DNA of 60,064 nt, filler included, from Jimgerdemannia flammicorona (taxonomy: Eukaryota), in the NCBI GenBank assembly GCA_003990765.1. It is 3 parts of 3 records of this genome, joined end to end, with 100 filler letters (N's around TTAATTAATTAA, not from the genome) between each part and the next. Parts side by side here need not be neighbours in the genome. Positions count along the whole stretch, not along the records: positions 1 to 19,957 come from RBNJ01001792.1; positions 20,058 to 40,013 come from RBNJ01001793.1; 1 more part is not named here. The stretch is one strand, 5' to 3'. A program made the position numbers and the translations under genes. Shown piece by piece: positions 11,291-23,000 of the stretch (the stretch's first letter is position 1; every line of letters begins with the position of its first letter). The notes under the pieces are model-generated. The model was given only the letters and a program-made list of their open reading frames with translations, did not search any database and was not told where the DNA came from.

Positions 11291-13140
11291 TTATTGAGAG
11301 TGTGGTTTTAGATAAGTAATATCTTTAAATTCATCTCTAATATAGAGGCAAATATTGTAATAAAGGTATTTCTGATATTTTAATTTTATATAAGGAGGTA
11401 CTAGTGCTAGAAATAACAAAGCCTTAATTTTTCTATGACTTTTGAAGCCTTGGATTTATATTTACTAGTCTTCAATAATTTTAATTCTTAAAAAGAACTA
11501 TTGGCAATTTCTTGGATTTTTACAGTATCTGAATTTACTTTGGTAAAAAGAAAATATTAAAACTTTTATATACTAGATAGCTTTTTGAAGTAGATTTCAA
11601 AGCTATTAAGAATATTAAAGTATTGAAAACCATCTTTGCTATTATAATACCAAACTTTATTTAGTTTAATAATACTGGATCTTTTCATCATATCAATAAT
11701 ATAATCTATATAATCTATTGTATTTTTATAATAAAGCCTTTTAATTAGGCCAAAACTACTATCATACTTGAATTTAGTATAGCTGAGTACTATAAAGTTC
11801 AACTCAATACTTTTATAATACCTATAAATTACTAAGTATATATAAAATCAAAGAGTGGTTTTATTTTTATTTTGTCTATCTATATTATTATAAGTAATTT
11901 TCAAATACTTCTCCAATTTATTCAATTTATTAATTCCATTAAAAACTAGACTAAGTATATTATTTAGGTCTTTTCCAAAAAGTTCATTCTTATTCAGTAT
12001 ATAGTTAATTTGCTTATATATTACTTTATCTTAGATCTTAAACAAATGTACTTTATAAGTACTAAGATAATATATTTTACTAATTTATTGATCTGAATAA
12101 GATATATAGATATTCTGAGCTTAGTTATAACTATAATGAGTAACTATATTAATACTATAGAATAATATCTTATCTTTTGGTATAAAATAATTCTAATCAA
12201 TAAGGTTTCTTTACTCTTCTACTAACTTGGTATTTTTGTTATAATAGTTTTATTTTAACTTGACTTTAGTGAAATGTTCTTTATATCTCTTTAATAAATC
12301 TTAAGTCTCTTTATCTTTATAAGCTTTAAATTATAAGTTATTCTGTAAATATTAATAAATATTATATGAATCTGTCTGTAAACTTATAATTTGAATATAC
12401 AGAGTTAGCTAATACTATAATTTGCAGAATATATTATATTTGAGAGTATGCAAAGTACTATCTTCTTCTAAACTGGCTAAAAAATCATATAAACAAACTT
12501 GTAGCTCATTTTTACCAGTAAAAAAATAATTAATTAAGTAACTTGATTAATATTTCTGATTGGGCTAAGCAATTCATAGACTTTGGTAAAATTTAAGTGA
12601 AAATTCTTCACTATAGTAGTTATATTTATATTGATGACTATCTTGGGTTTTCACTTAGACATTTTTTTGGTATTACTATAGAGCTGTGATAGAAGAATAT
12701 TATTTAGCAAATGATTTCTGATATTTTCAAAATAAGCTTAATCAATTTTTAGTATATTTAGATAGATTTTTTGATAAAGAGATATATTGTGATCTTAGTA
12801 ATATAATATTCTTTTATTAGTGTGTATCTTTTTCTTAAGATAGTAACTAGTACTTATAGATCTACCATCTATAGCTTTGAGTTGAGTTATTTAAAAGATA
12901 TCTTGTTCTGACTTAGAAAGAGCTTAAAAAGCCTTATATATTCTAGCAAATACTTTATTAGAAACTTTAAAAGAGCAACTATAACTACAACCTACTTTCA
13001 AAAACTCAAATGCTTTTTTATATTCAATTTGTTTGATTTTTAATAATATTGTATATTATATATAGGTATATATATATATATATATGTATATATAACTTAT
13101 TTACATTAGATCCACTATGGAGCCTAGAAACTACAGCAGT
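11291..13140 (-). mobile_element. Hypermutated DDE transposase remnant, Sola-like
   Basis: Decayed motifs: ITYNNIDRQNKN (family DNCxGQNKN), ELNFIVLSYTKFKYDSSFGLIK (family F..GHTKF..D..FG.IK), YN*AQN, and C-terminal QKYLYYNICLYIRDEFKDITYLKP with a stop at 11291. The 5' boundary is approximate and no TIRs were identified. Confidence 0.7.
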
Positions 13141-13940
13141 TTGTATTCTCTTTTAAAGTAAAAAAATTATTCCTTAAACTAAGAAATACATAGTCTATTA
13201 AAAAATATTTAAATAAAGAAAAGATAACTTATGAAAAAGCTCTCAAACAGATATTGGTAGAATCATTTCAACCAAGAAAAAAAAAAAAATTAGAAGAATA
13301 GAGGACTCATTGGATCACAACATGATACATACAAAGGTCCCTGCCATAGTAGTAATAGTAACGATAATTGTTTAAGAGATGACTGAAAAGATTGCTTCTT
13401 TATCAACTAAATATATCTTATCTCTTACTTTTTTCTTGCATCCCTTCTTTGAATATCAGTCAAAGGCATAGCCAGCAAAGCCAAGACTCTTACAGTAGGT
13501 TGTTCCTGATCTCTGTTTGTGGAGGACAAAAGGTATTCTTTTTTTTTTTTTGCATTAGTACATAAATTCAGCATGCCCGACACCATTCCCACTTTATCAA
13601 CAAGTGATTTCGCGCATTGTTGCTTACGAATCACACAACATGCCTAATACTAAATCTTAGCTAGCTATGGAATTTTTTTTTAGAAGCGATCTGGATATTT
13701 GCACTGTGAATGAGACACGTAGTATCAGAAAAGCTTAACTAAAAGTTGTTATAAGAAATTTAAAAGAATCAATTGTCTTCAGAGGGAAATAGTAATCAGT
13801 TAGGAACAGTTAGGAAGATATCTCTCGATTGCTATCCTCAACAATTTACAATTATTTATGTGCTAATGCTAAAAGACAATTTGATTTGAATTACATGAGT
13901 AGAATGCAATCTAATATCATTTTCAGACTTATCACTCCTT

Positions 13941-16769
13941 TCACCCACTAATTGAGCCTGCCAAATTAAAATTTCCCAGTTGGCCATTATTGTCCAACCG
14001 GGAAAACAGAATCTTGCGAGAGCCAACAATGACTACCAGGTAAGCGGAAACATGTCCCTGCATGTGCATATTAGCAACATGCGGTCCATTCCAATAACTC
14101 GCCAACTGAGCGGCTGGTCCTCCTGGGAGTGTGATCCAATGAATGATAGAGTTTCCAGCTCGTCTCTCGTTTCCAATTCGGATAGTATCCCAAGAGCCAA
14201 ATAGAATTTGTAGTACATCATCTGCACTCGAATAGCCTTCTAGAGTTGATGCTTTATGAAGGCGATTGGCTCCAGCAATATTCAGAAAATCGATCTTAAT
14301 CACCTTAAATTCGATGATTATTGTGTTGCCTGTGCTTGGTATTTCGATGATCAAGTCTATCCAGTCCATTATCGCCATTGAACTGTGGAAATGTGTAAAA
14401 TGTGTAAGCAAAGTTATCGTTAGGTTGAATTATAGACAATCTTTCACATTCTTGCCTTTATGACTTTGAACTCTACGTGTCCTTGCAGAAGTGGATTCCT
14501 GAGAAGCGTGTAGTAGATGCTATAACGGTGATGCTCTTCTGCCTTGTTGAAGTCGTCGAAACCAACGTCACGTTGGCTCATCAACCTTTCATAGCAGCCC
14601 AACAACTGCGAGACATCTCCAGTGGTTGCAATTTTCCGAAGACCCTCCTCAATATCCGTTATGCGCAACTGGTAACGGCTCAAAACAGCCATTGCGAAGC
14701 GTTGAACTTGAACTAAGTTTGTAATTTGTAGCTGCTTCCCGGGCTCTTCTTCGGCATACGTTAGACCCCCAGCATAGCGCATAAAACTTAGCCATGCCGC
14801 TTTGCTCTTCATGGTTTCCTTCTTCAGAATATTTGGGCGGCAACAAAACATAAATATTCTTGTCGTAAAGGAAGCCAACATTAGACACACAGGACAAGAC
14901 TTATCGCATACCAAGTCGGAGAATCGGAATTGTAAAGGCAACGTGTTATATTCGATCGGATCACGCCAAATATCGGAACCCAATGCTGAATTACGGCCAC
15001 CGACCTTTTCGAGGATGTCGGCTGCAATAGGTGAGCTGGCAAGCATCTGGAGCAAAGTTTCGGATGTCTCCCAATTGGAAGGGTTGTTTGGATTGGTCGG
15101 TCTATTCCTTGCCAAACCCTAATATGTAAAGTTACAACGACAATGACAGTAAGAATACAGTAAAGATGATCATACAATGTCGAGAAAGATTTTTATAGCG
15201 CTTGTCACTCACCTGAAGATACTCTAAGCATGTATTTGTGTTAAAGACACGCTGAGCAGTAGCATATGGCGAGAAACGGTAGCCATTGTAGTGGCGCTCC
15301 ATGATACGGAAGTGCTTCTCGACATCTCCATTCGAGCAGAAGAGTTTCAGAGCGGAACGCACATCGCCATAACTGAGGCCACAGAATCCAGGGAGCTCTT
15401 CTTCATCGGAAACGTTCGTTGCGATATTAAAACCGCTAGTAGCGTCGGCCAGCGAGAGTGGCAACACTCCGGTAATGAAACATTTTTCAATTTTTTGATA
15501 GCCCATCCCAGATTTTACGCACGCCCAGAAGTCCTTAAGTGAGGACTGGCCCCTGTGGATATTGTCATAGCTTGTAGTGTCATTGAGATTCAAGTATTCG
15601 TTGAAAAAGGCGTCGTCGTATTCATCGGCCAGGAGGTATATCTGTAAGGAAATACATTTTAGGTCGCATGAGCAAGGCCATCATATTGGCGGAAAAACGA
15701 GATCATCTACTATATAGTTACCCCTTTCACGCCAGCAAGCAGATGTCCGGCATCTCCCTGGGGTACCGCTCGTAATGCCGCTTGGACAACCATAACATAC
15801 ATAGAAAGACTGTCGATAGCATCACTCAAGTTAATAAAAGTCTGTATTAATTGTAGGTCTTTGTAGTCACCCAGATAAGTCGCATATGTCATGTAAAAAT
15901 ATCGAATGGCAGTGTTGATCATGTTGAAGAGTTCAGCTTTGGCAATTTTGGGATCAGGATCACGGTCGACAGCAGAGAAATCGAGAGACAGAATGAGATA
16001 CTGGTGGGGCTTGATGGTGCCAGCCTGAACATCCTGGTCAACAGCAAGGTCCTACAAGCAATGGGCAGTAAGAGTTAACAACAACGGAGACAAACTCAAA
16101 AGAGAAAGTAAACAGATGACATCGCTACTGACCTTGAAGAGTTTATCATAATGCTGGCAGTGTTCCACCCCATGGAAATAGGCAAGCATACTGAGCGTCA
16201 GGGACTTGCCGAACCGGCGTGGCCGTAAAAAGAGTAGCACAAGATCCAGAAAAGATTCGAGTATAGTTATGTATCCAGTGCGATCGAAATATGCCACTCC
16301 AGGGGTAGTACGGATCCGATAAAAGTCAGAGAAGGCGTTTTGAGGAAAACCTCGGAATTGGCCATTGAACACCAGCGTTGACGTATTTGAATCACTTGAA
16401 ACATTTTCGGTGTTTTCTTGGGATTCCATCGAATCTAATTCCTCGAAGAGGAGATCTACAAAGGGCAAGTCAAAATGAATAATGAAAGGCAAAAGTGTTT
16501 GAGATATTGGAATGCGGTGTGGTGTAGTTTGGAGATAGTAATGTAAACGCAGCGTTCTACATACCCGCCGAGTATAAACAGGTGTTTAAAATTTCTGGGG
16601 TGATCCAGCCTTGAACGTTGTCGAGCTTTCCCATTAACAAGTCAGCACGATCATGATCGGTAACTTCGATCATCGCGCCAGGATAGAACGAAAGATAACC
16701 AGGAGTCAACGCATTGTAACCTCGGTCCGCTAGGTAATAACGGGAGGGGTTTTGCATGTCTGATTGCAT
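13941..16769 (-). CDS. SH3 + AAA-ATPase-like P-loop NTPase + PD-(D/E)XK nuclease (Crinkler-like architecture), 7 exons; last junction possibly frameshifted
   Basis: Exons 16769-16565, 16455-16133, 16051-15722, 15641-15213, 15118-14912, 14821-~14456 and 14382-13941. The first five introns are GT-AG and preserve frame. Motifs: SH3-like YLADRGYNALTPGYLSFYPGAMIEV...GKLDNVQGWI; YFDRT; Walker A LRPRRFGKSL; Walker B IYLLADEYD; FITGV; YNGYRF; nuclease IDLII...IIIEFK. Confidence 0.8.
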
Positions 16770-17054
16770 CTTAGGAGGGTACAAGGCAGAAAATAAAAGT
16801 GTAATTATGTAGACACGCGTTACCGGTAATTTTTTTGGCCAGTCCCGTGACGTCACGGTTCACTTTGTCTGGTTTTGTTGCAGCACGCCTCATATCATAT
16901 ATTATTATGGCACGGGTTACATTCAACGCGGATTAATGTATATCAGCGAGGATTGCGAGTAGTATATGGAATAGGTGGGTGAAATTTGAACTGAAAAGAT
17001 TTCTATTATGCGATGCAGGGTGTACGATATTTTTTTCTGTGTATTTTTTTCCGC

Positions 17055-17055
<1 letters not shown>

Positions 17056-17143
<88 letters not shown>
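17056..17143. repeat. Poly(T) run (88 nt)
   Basis: Direct observation; lies between the Pib2-like 3' end and the promoter of the SH3-ATPase gene. Confidence 0.9.
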
Positions 17144-17144
<1 letters not shown>

Positions 17145-17317
17145 ATTTCCGTTTGAGCAAAAAGCCGAGACGCTTATTTCTCAACATGACCGCACGGGAG
17201 AAGGAGAAAAGGGGTAGAGAGGGGCATCGACATTATAAACATGACCCGGCTCGCGCCGACCTTCACACACACCACGTCCAAAAATCCCAGCCGCCCAAAA
17301 AAGCCAACACACGCCGC

Positions 17318-18443
17318 TTAAAACGTCGACCACTGCCAGTCTGCCGGCACGGACGGAGTCGGATTGAAGTTCGTCTCTGGTGGAACGGGCAAAACGTACG
17401 GTTAACATTCGGAAAGGAAAGGGGTATATAAGCGCGAGATGGATCGACTCCATGATCTATCTGGCGGATTAAATGCCGATCTCATTCCACCTCTTCTCTC
17501 TCCCCCAAACGATCCAAAAGGGATAAAATGTGGCAATGCTGAGACATACCGGGAACGCGGCTTGACGCAATCTTGATGCCCTCGGGTTGTGGGCGGACGA
17601 TGTCTAAAGGTGGAAGGGGAAGAGGATGAATTTGATTTCCGATAAAGGCAAAAAAACCGATGCAAGCCGACCCACCGGCCCACCCCAAACAGCAAAACTA
17701 AAAAAATAAATAAAATACCCACCTTCCCTCCCCAGCTCTGTAACCCCTTCCATCCCCTGTGGCCCACCCCCAACCCTCCTGACAATCTTCCCGCTCGTCT
17801 GTCCCGGCGCCGCTGCCACCGCGGGCCCTGTGCTCGCCGTCTGGGTTCCCGGCGTCGACACCACGTTGCTCTTCCTCCTTGTGGCCCATCGATCAGCCTC
17901 CTTCGCGCATGCGTCGCACGCCTTGGCCGCGACACCGTTGGGGTTGAACTGAGCGTTCTGGTCGAGGCGGACGAAGCGCGTACAGTGTGCGGCGCAGAAG
18001 AGGTCGCCGCAGCGCCGGCAGTGGTGGCGCCGCTCGAAGAGACCAAAGAGGGTAGCGCAAGTCGGGTGCGCGCAGGTTGTAGCGGACGAGTCGGGCTATT
18101 TTTGGGTGAGGACGTGTGTACGGCGGTGTCTTGACGTGAGAAGGGATGCAGTTCCCACACGCCCACGGTCATACTTATTCCTTCCACTTACACCCACCTT
18201 CCAATGTTCCCTCGTCGGCGGTCCTGTCACTGTTTCCGAAAAACCCTCTACCGTACTTCCTCCCGCCACTATGACTTTCTCGCCTGCTGCCCCTTCCTTC
18301 CCCAGCATGACGGCCCTTCCCGTGGGCGTGGGAGTGCCCGGCTCAGAGGCCGACCCTACGGAGCTCCTGACTTCGGGGGTGGGATTGTTGGCCATGGTCA
18401 ACTGTGTCGGGCGCTTCTTAGTAGTGAGTGCGTAGATATCCAT
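17318..18443 (-). CDS. PIB2: Pib2-like FYVE-domain protein (~243 aa, 4 exons), putative TORC1 regulator
   Basis: Exons 18443-18198, 18095-17723, 17603-17550 and 17376-17318, all GT-AG, total 732 nt. FYVE signature HWKPD...RRHHCRRCG...ACDAC. C-terminal tail SVPADWQWSTF* resembles the yeast Pib2 tail motif. An alternative start is at 18395. Confidence 0.85.
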
Positions 18444-19636
18444 TAGAGGAGGGGAGTGGAATGAAGTAGGAAGCCGGAGAACGAAGAGTTGTTGTCTGTT
18501 GTTGGCGAGATCACGTGATCGGCGCGGGAACCTTATTCGTCACATGGAAGCACCGCGTGGCGCGTGGCCTCATTGCCATCGGGTCCATATGCACGGGCCA
18601 TCATTCGGATCTAGGTTGCATAGATCAAGATAAAGCCTCATCCACCTGGCTTTGTGTCATTCGCTTGCATTTCAATCTTGATATGTCGTGCATCTGACGC
18701 TTTCGTGGTGTTGTCGAGTGAGCAAAAGAGCTATTGAAAACCAAAACACCCAAACCTTTGTGGCAGTATCGCTTGCCGTGATAACGACGGGTCATTACAA
18801 CGAGTCGTTTCTCAGCAACGGCAAGGCCATTCCCACGTAATTATACTGCTGTATGGATTACCTCCTGGCGGTGCCTGACGTAACTTGGTTGATGATCGCC
18901 TATTGATTAGCTTGTCAGTTGTGATCCTGGTCACTATGAGCTACAGATATGTTTCGGTATGGCTTGCTCGTGGTAGTCAAGATTAACAAGGCAGAAAAAT
19001 CAAAAATGCACAATGATTCAATGAAATGCTCTATTTAGGCGACATGACGAGAAGCCAGTTTGTGTGATTGAAACTCTGTACATTATTATGGTGGTTGCTG
19101 ACGCCAGCTTAAATCACGAGATTATCAACGAGATAATCATCACGACCACACCCTTATTCTCCATATTTGTATCTTTCGTGCCTCTTTAAAAAAAAAGATG
19201 CAATGTATTGCGTCAATCAACAATTCCCTTGCGCAGTTGTAGCGAGGGCAGTGGAGGCACGGAGAAGTTAGTAAAAACCTTGGGATATATGTTGCCTTCA
19301 GAGAAATGACAACATAGATTTACGACCGAATATGCAAGTCATCGCCACCCCCAGGCATCACCGTCCAGCACCTTACGCTTGCCCTAGCTTCGCCCCATAT
19401 TGTCATCAACTCTCATCCTCTACTACGCCAACCAGTTTCGCGCCGTTCCGGCCGACCAGCGTTCTCCTAAGGACTAAGGTGTTGGCCCACTTCGTGCCGG
19501 GGTGTGGGTTGCGGGTGCTCACATACGCACTGCACGGCGGTGTGGTGAGGTCGTGGTTGGAGAGGTGTGATGGCATTGGAACATGTGTCGATGTGGACGC
19601 GGGTTTGAGCAGATGATGGGATTTTGTTGTCAATAT

Positions 19637-19640
<4 letters not shown>

Positions 19641-19684
<44 letters not shown>
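19641..19684. repeat. Poly(A) run (44 nt) followed by CT/T-rich low-complexity sequence
   Basis: Direct observation. Confidence 0.9.
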
Positions 19685-19689
<5 letters not shown>

Positions 19690-19926
19690 AGCACACCAAC
19701 TTCATACTGAAAATATCTCCCTCACTCTTGTGTCTGTTCTTTTCTTTTCTTTTCCTTTCTTTCCTCTCCTTTCTTTTCTTTTCTTTTCTTTTCTTTTCTT
19801 TTCTTTTCTTTTCTTTTTTTCTTTTTTTGCTTACGTAGCTTCACCTAGAAGTAAGGTTGAGGTGCTTCGACTTACCTTACGTCATGCCAGCTTGCTACCC
19901 TCCCGTCTAGATCACCCCCTGTTTTA

Positions 19927-19957
<31 letters not shown>

Positions 19958-20057
19958 NNNNNNNNNNNNNNNNNNNNNNNNNNNNNNNNNNNNNNNNNNN
20001 NTTAATTAATTAANNNNNNNNNNNNNNNNNNNNNNNNNNNNNNNNNNNNNNNNNNNN
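19958..20057. other. Artificial contig linker N44-TTAATTAATTAA-N44
   Basis: Exactly 100 nt with stop codons in all six frames. Confidence 0.98.
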
Positions 20058-23000
20058 CCAATCCCCCTAGGGGGGCCCCCCCCTCCCACCCCCACTCGCC
20101 CACTACTCTGTTTGCAGATCTCTTTCACCAGGCAATGACATTTACCACCCTGAGGACTCCAACCCACCTACCATCCAGTCATCAGATCCTCCATCAACCC
20201 TTCCCATCTTGACAACTTCTCCTGTAAATCCATCTGCCACCCCTCCTCGAAAACAAAGAGCCAATGTCCAGCTAGCCCTACTCACACTGCTAAAACCCAC
20301 CCTACAGTGAGCCAGCTATTGCCCACACCACCTACTAGCCTAGACTTCAAATCCTCCCAGCAACCTCTCTCTCCATCTGGTCTCCTTGCCACACCTAGCT
20401 GATTCTCTACTGCTATCCAAAAGTCTCCCAGAACCTCACACTCCCCCAGCCAATGTTCAGGCATTTGTATATAACCCCCTACTTACCCTACATTGTAACA
20501 CTCCTCACAATCTAAACAGCCACCCTCCACAAGATACCCAGCATGGAAATTCAACATGATATTCCTCCTCAACATCCACCACCAAACCACTCAGAACTTA
20601 GGAGAAAGCCACCACCACACTTCAGTACTCTATAACCAGACTCCTGCCCAGTCCCACTCCTCTTCAATCCCCACAGCCTGCCAGCTACTTGGCCATAGAT
20701 CCTGGCCAAGACCCTGCTGACACTCTACTCCATCACTAATATCAAACTCTGCAAGCAGAACACCCCTCAGAAGGAGTCTGTCCCATTGCCATATTACTGG
20801 ACCCTACAACACCTCCCTCTCATTGCCTTACCAGTGCAGTCCTATCCGGTGTGCTCCATCCACCACCCCTCACCAGAAGCCCTTATACTGTAGCTGTCGG
20901 CTTCCAGCCAGGCCCACCAGAGAAAGCAAATCTCCTGAGAACCCCCAAGGAGAGAACCTCATCTCCCATACCTTCTGCATCAGTGGCACCCAACCTCCCC
21001 CCTGCAGTTCAATAGCCCTCTTCAACCACCAAGCTCATAGGCAGTGCAGCCACCTAGGGAAGTCCACAAGGCCTAGTCCTCCTCTAACCACTGGTGTTGT
21101 AAGAGTATCCCAACTGATCTGGGACCTCCTCTCTGCCCAGATCCAATCTCTAGCCAGTTTTGTCCGTTGCTTCACCACCCAGGCCAGAAAGTCTAAATGG
21201 TAGGCTATATACCATAGCTTGGAGAACCAGTAGACATTCAAGATCAACATCTGCCCTGTCAGGGAGATGTGGCATCCTTCCCAACCTCTAAGAGCCTCTC
21301 CCCAAATGGCCACTCTCCTCTCCCACCATACTCATGGCAGAACAGATCTATATACAGAAAGGAAAATATCCAAATACTGCACCACCTCTCCTGCAGGGAC
21401 AATTGTTCCAATGACATCCCCTCTCACCAGCCCATTCCCTAACACCATTGTCTCACACTTATGCCAGTTGAGTTTTGCCCCAGAGTGCACCTTATACCAT
21501 TCCACTGTCTCCTTGAGCACCTCAATGTCTGCTATTGATCCAAGGCCAACTACCATATCATCTGCAAAGGCCCCCACCTTCCACACTACACCATATATAG
21601 AGAGCCCGGCCACCCTCTGACATAATCTATCCATCAAAGGTTCCAGTAAAAGGGTATAAAGGATGGGAGATAGTGGGTCTCCCTGAGGAACTCCTCTTCC
21701 CAAGGGAAATGCCAAACCCCTGTGGCCATTATACATCAGCACTGCCCTACTACCCTCTAACAAATTCAGCTTAGAAGCCTGAAACCTTGGGGGAATACTA
21801 ATTCTATCCAGCACCTTGCCTAGCCATACCCACTGAACATGGTTATAGGCCTTCTCCTGGTCTAAAAAGACCAGTCTACCATCTAGCCTGTAAGCCTGGG
21901 CCCCCTCAATGATGTCATGCACCCAGGCAGTCCCATCTCTGATAAGCCTGCCTCCTACAAAACCTCGCTGCTCCTTACCCAGAATCTGTTGGGCAACCTT
22001 CTGTAGCCTTGCAATAATCACCTTAGTCACCAACTTCCTATCCATATCCAGAAGCATAATCAGCCTCCAGTTCTTCCAGTCCTCCCTCCTCCCCTTGTCT
22101 TTATACAATAGGGCCACCAGTCCCAAGTCCTGCTCACCAACCCACATGCCATCCAAAAGAACATGGTCACAGAGGGCAGCCATCTCTGCTAATACTCCAG
22201 GAACCTTTGCCATCTTCTTCCAGAAGTCCCAAGGTAACCCATTCTCTCCTGGCACTGTCTCCAACTTAGTTGCTGCAAGGACCCTCTGGATCTCCTCCTC
22301 TTGGACCAGTAAGATCAAATCACCCAGTCCTTCTACTTGTGATAGCTCCCACTCCTCCAGCATGTCTTCAATTGCCCCCTCATCTGCCCCCCCTTCCCCC
22401 TCACTCCACAACCCCCTCCATTTCTCCTTCAGCACACCCAAGATCTGCTGCATACCATGCACCATATCTCCCTTATCATCCAAGACCCCTTCCCATTGGT
22501 GGTGCACCCTCCTAGTCTGGAGAAGCCTTGACAGGTACCTAGTGGGCCACTCTCTCTCCTCAAGCCCCTGCCACCATAGTCTGGCAGTCATTCCTTTCAT
22601 ATGGGTCTCCTCCTCTGCTTGCAATATTTGTTGCAGCTCCATTACCTCCAATTTCACTTGCTCCAACCTCCAATCCTCCACCTCTTCAGAATTAAGCAGC
22701 TCAGCCCACTCCATCTGCAATCTAATCAGCCTATTAGAAGTACACCATACTTGCTTCCTCCTCTGTCTCCCAGCCTCCCTACCAGCACTTCCCCAATAAA
22801 TTCTTGCAGCCTCCTTTAATCTCATCTACCAGATATCTACAGAAAAGCCCTCATGTATTCAGGTGGCCATTCTCACTTGGACATCCACTACCCATGGATC
22901 CCACAACTCCTTCTTGGCCAGCAGGGAGGAGTTAAGGCGCCAATGTCTGGGTCTATCTCTACTCCCCCCAAACTGGCCCTGCCCCAATAACCCCCAGTGA

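Noticed and set aside
9031..13141. CACTG...CAGT terminal inverted repeats enclosing the AT-rich island
   Set aside because: Only 8 of 10 bases match, the match does not extend, and no TSD is evident.
16557..16769. SH3 exon as the missing SH3 of the ASPP-like gene
   Set aside because: It lies 9 kb upstream of that gene and splices in frame to the ATPase exons; the proximity appears coincidental.
16933..17431. Poly-Lys/poly-Phe ORFs (also 19406-19705, 35851-36066)
   Set aside because: Translations of homopolymer runs.
19848..19882. Hairpin GTAAGGT...ACCTTAC as a structured RNA
   Set aside because: A short imperfect stem in low-complexity sequence at a contig end, with no RNA family features.
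21909..22799. Long Ser/Pro-rich ORFs antisense to LINE copies (also 27064-27654, 56339-57097, 57262-57975)
   Set aside because: Shadow ORFs caused by the C-rich antisense strand; no domain motifs.
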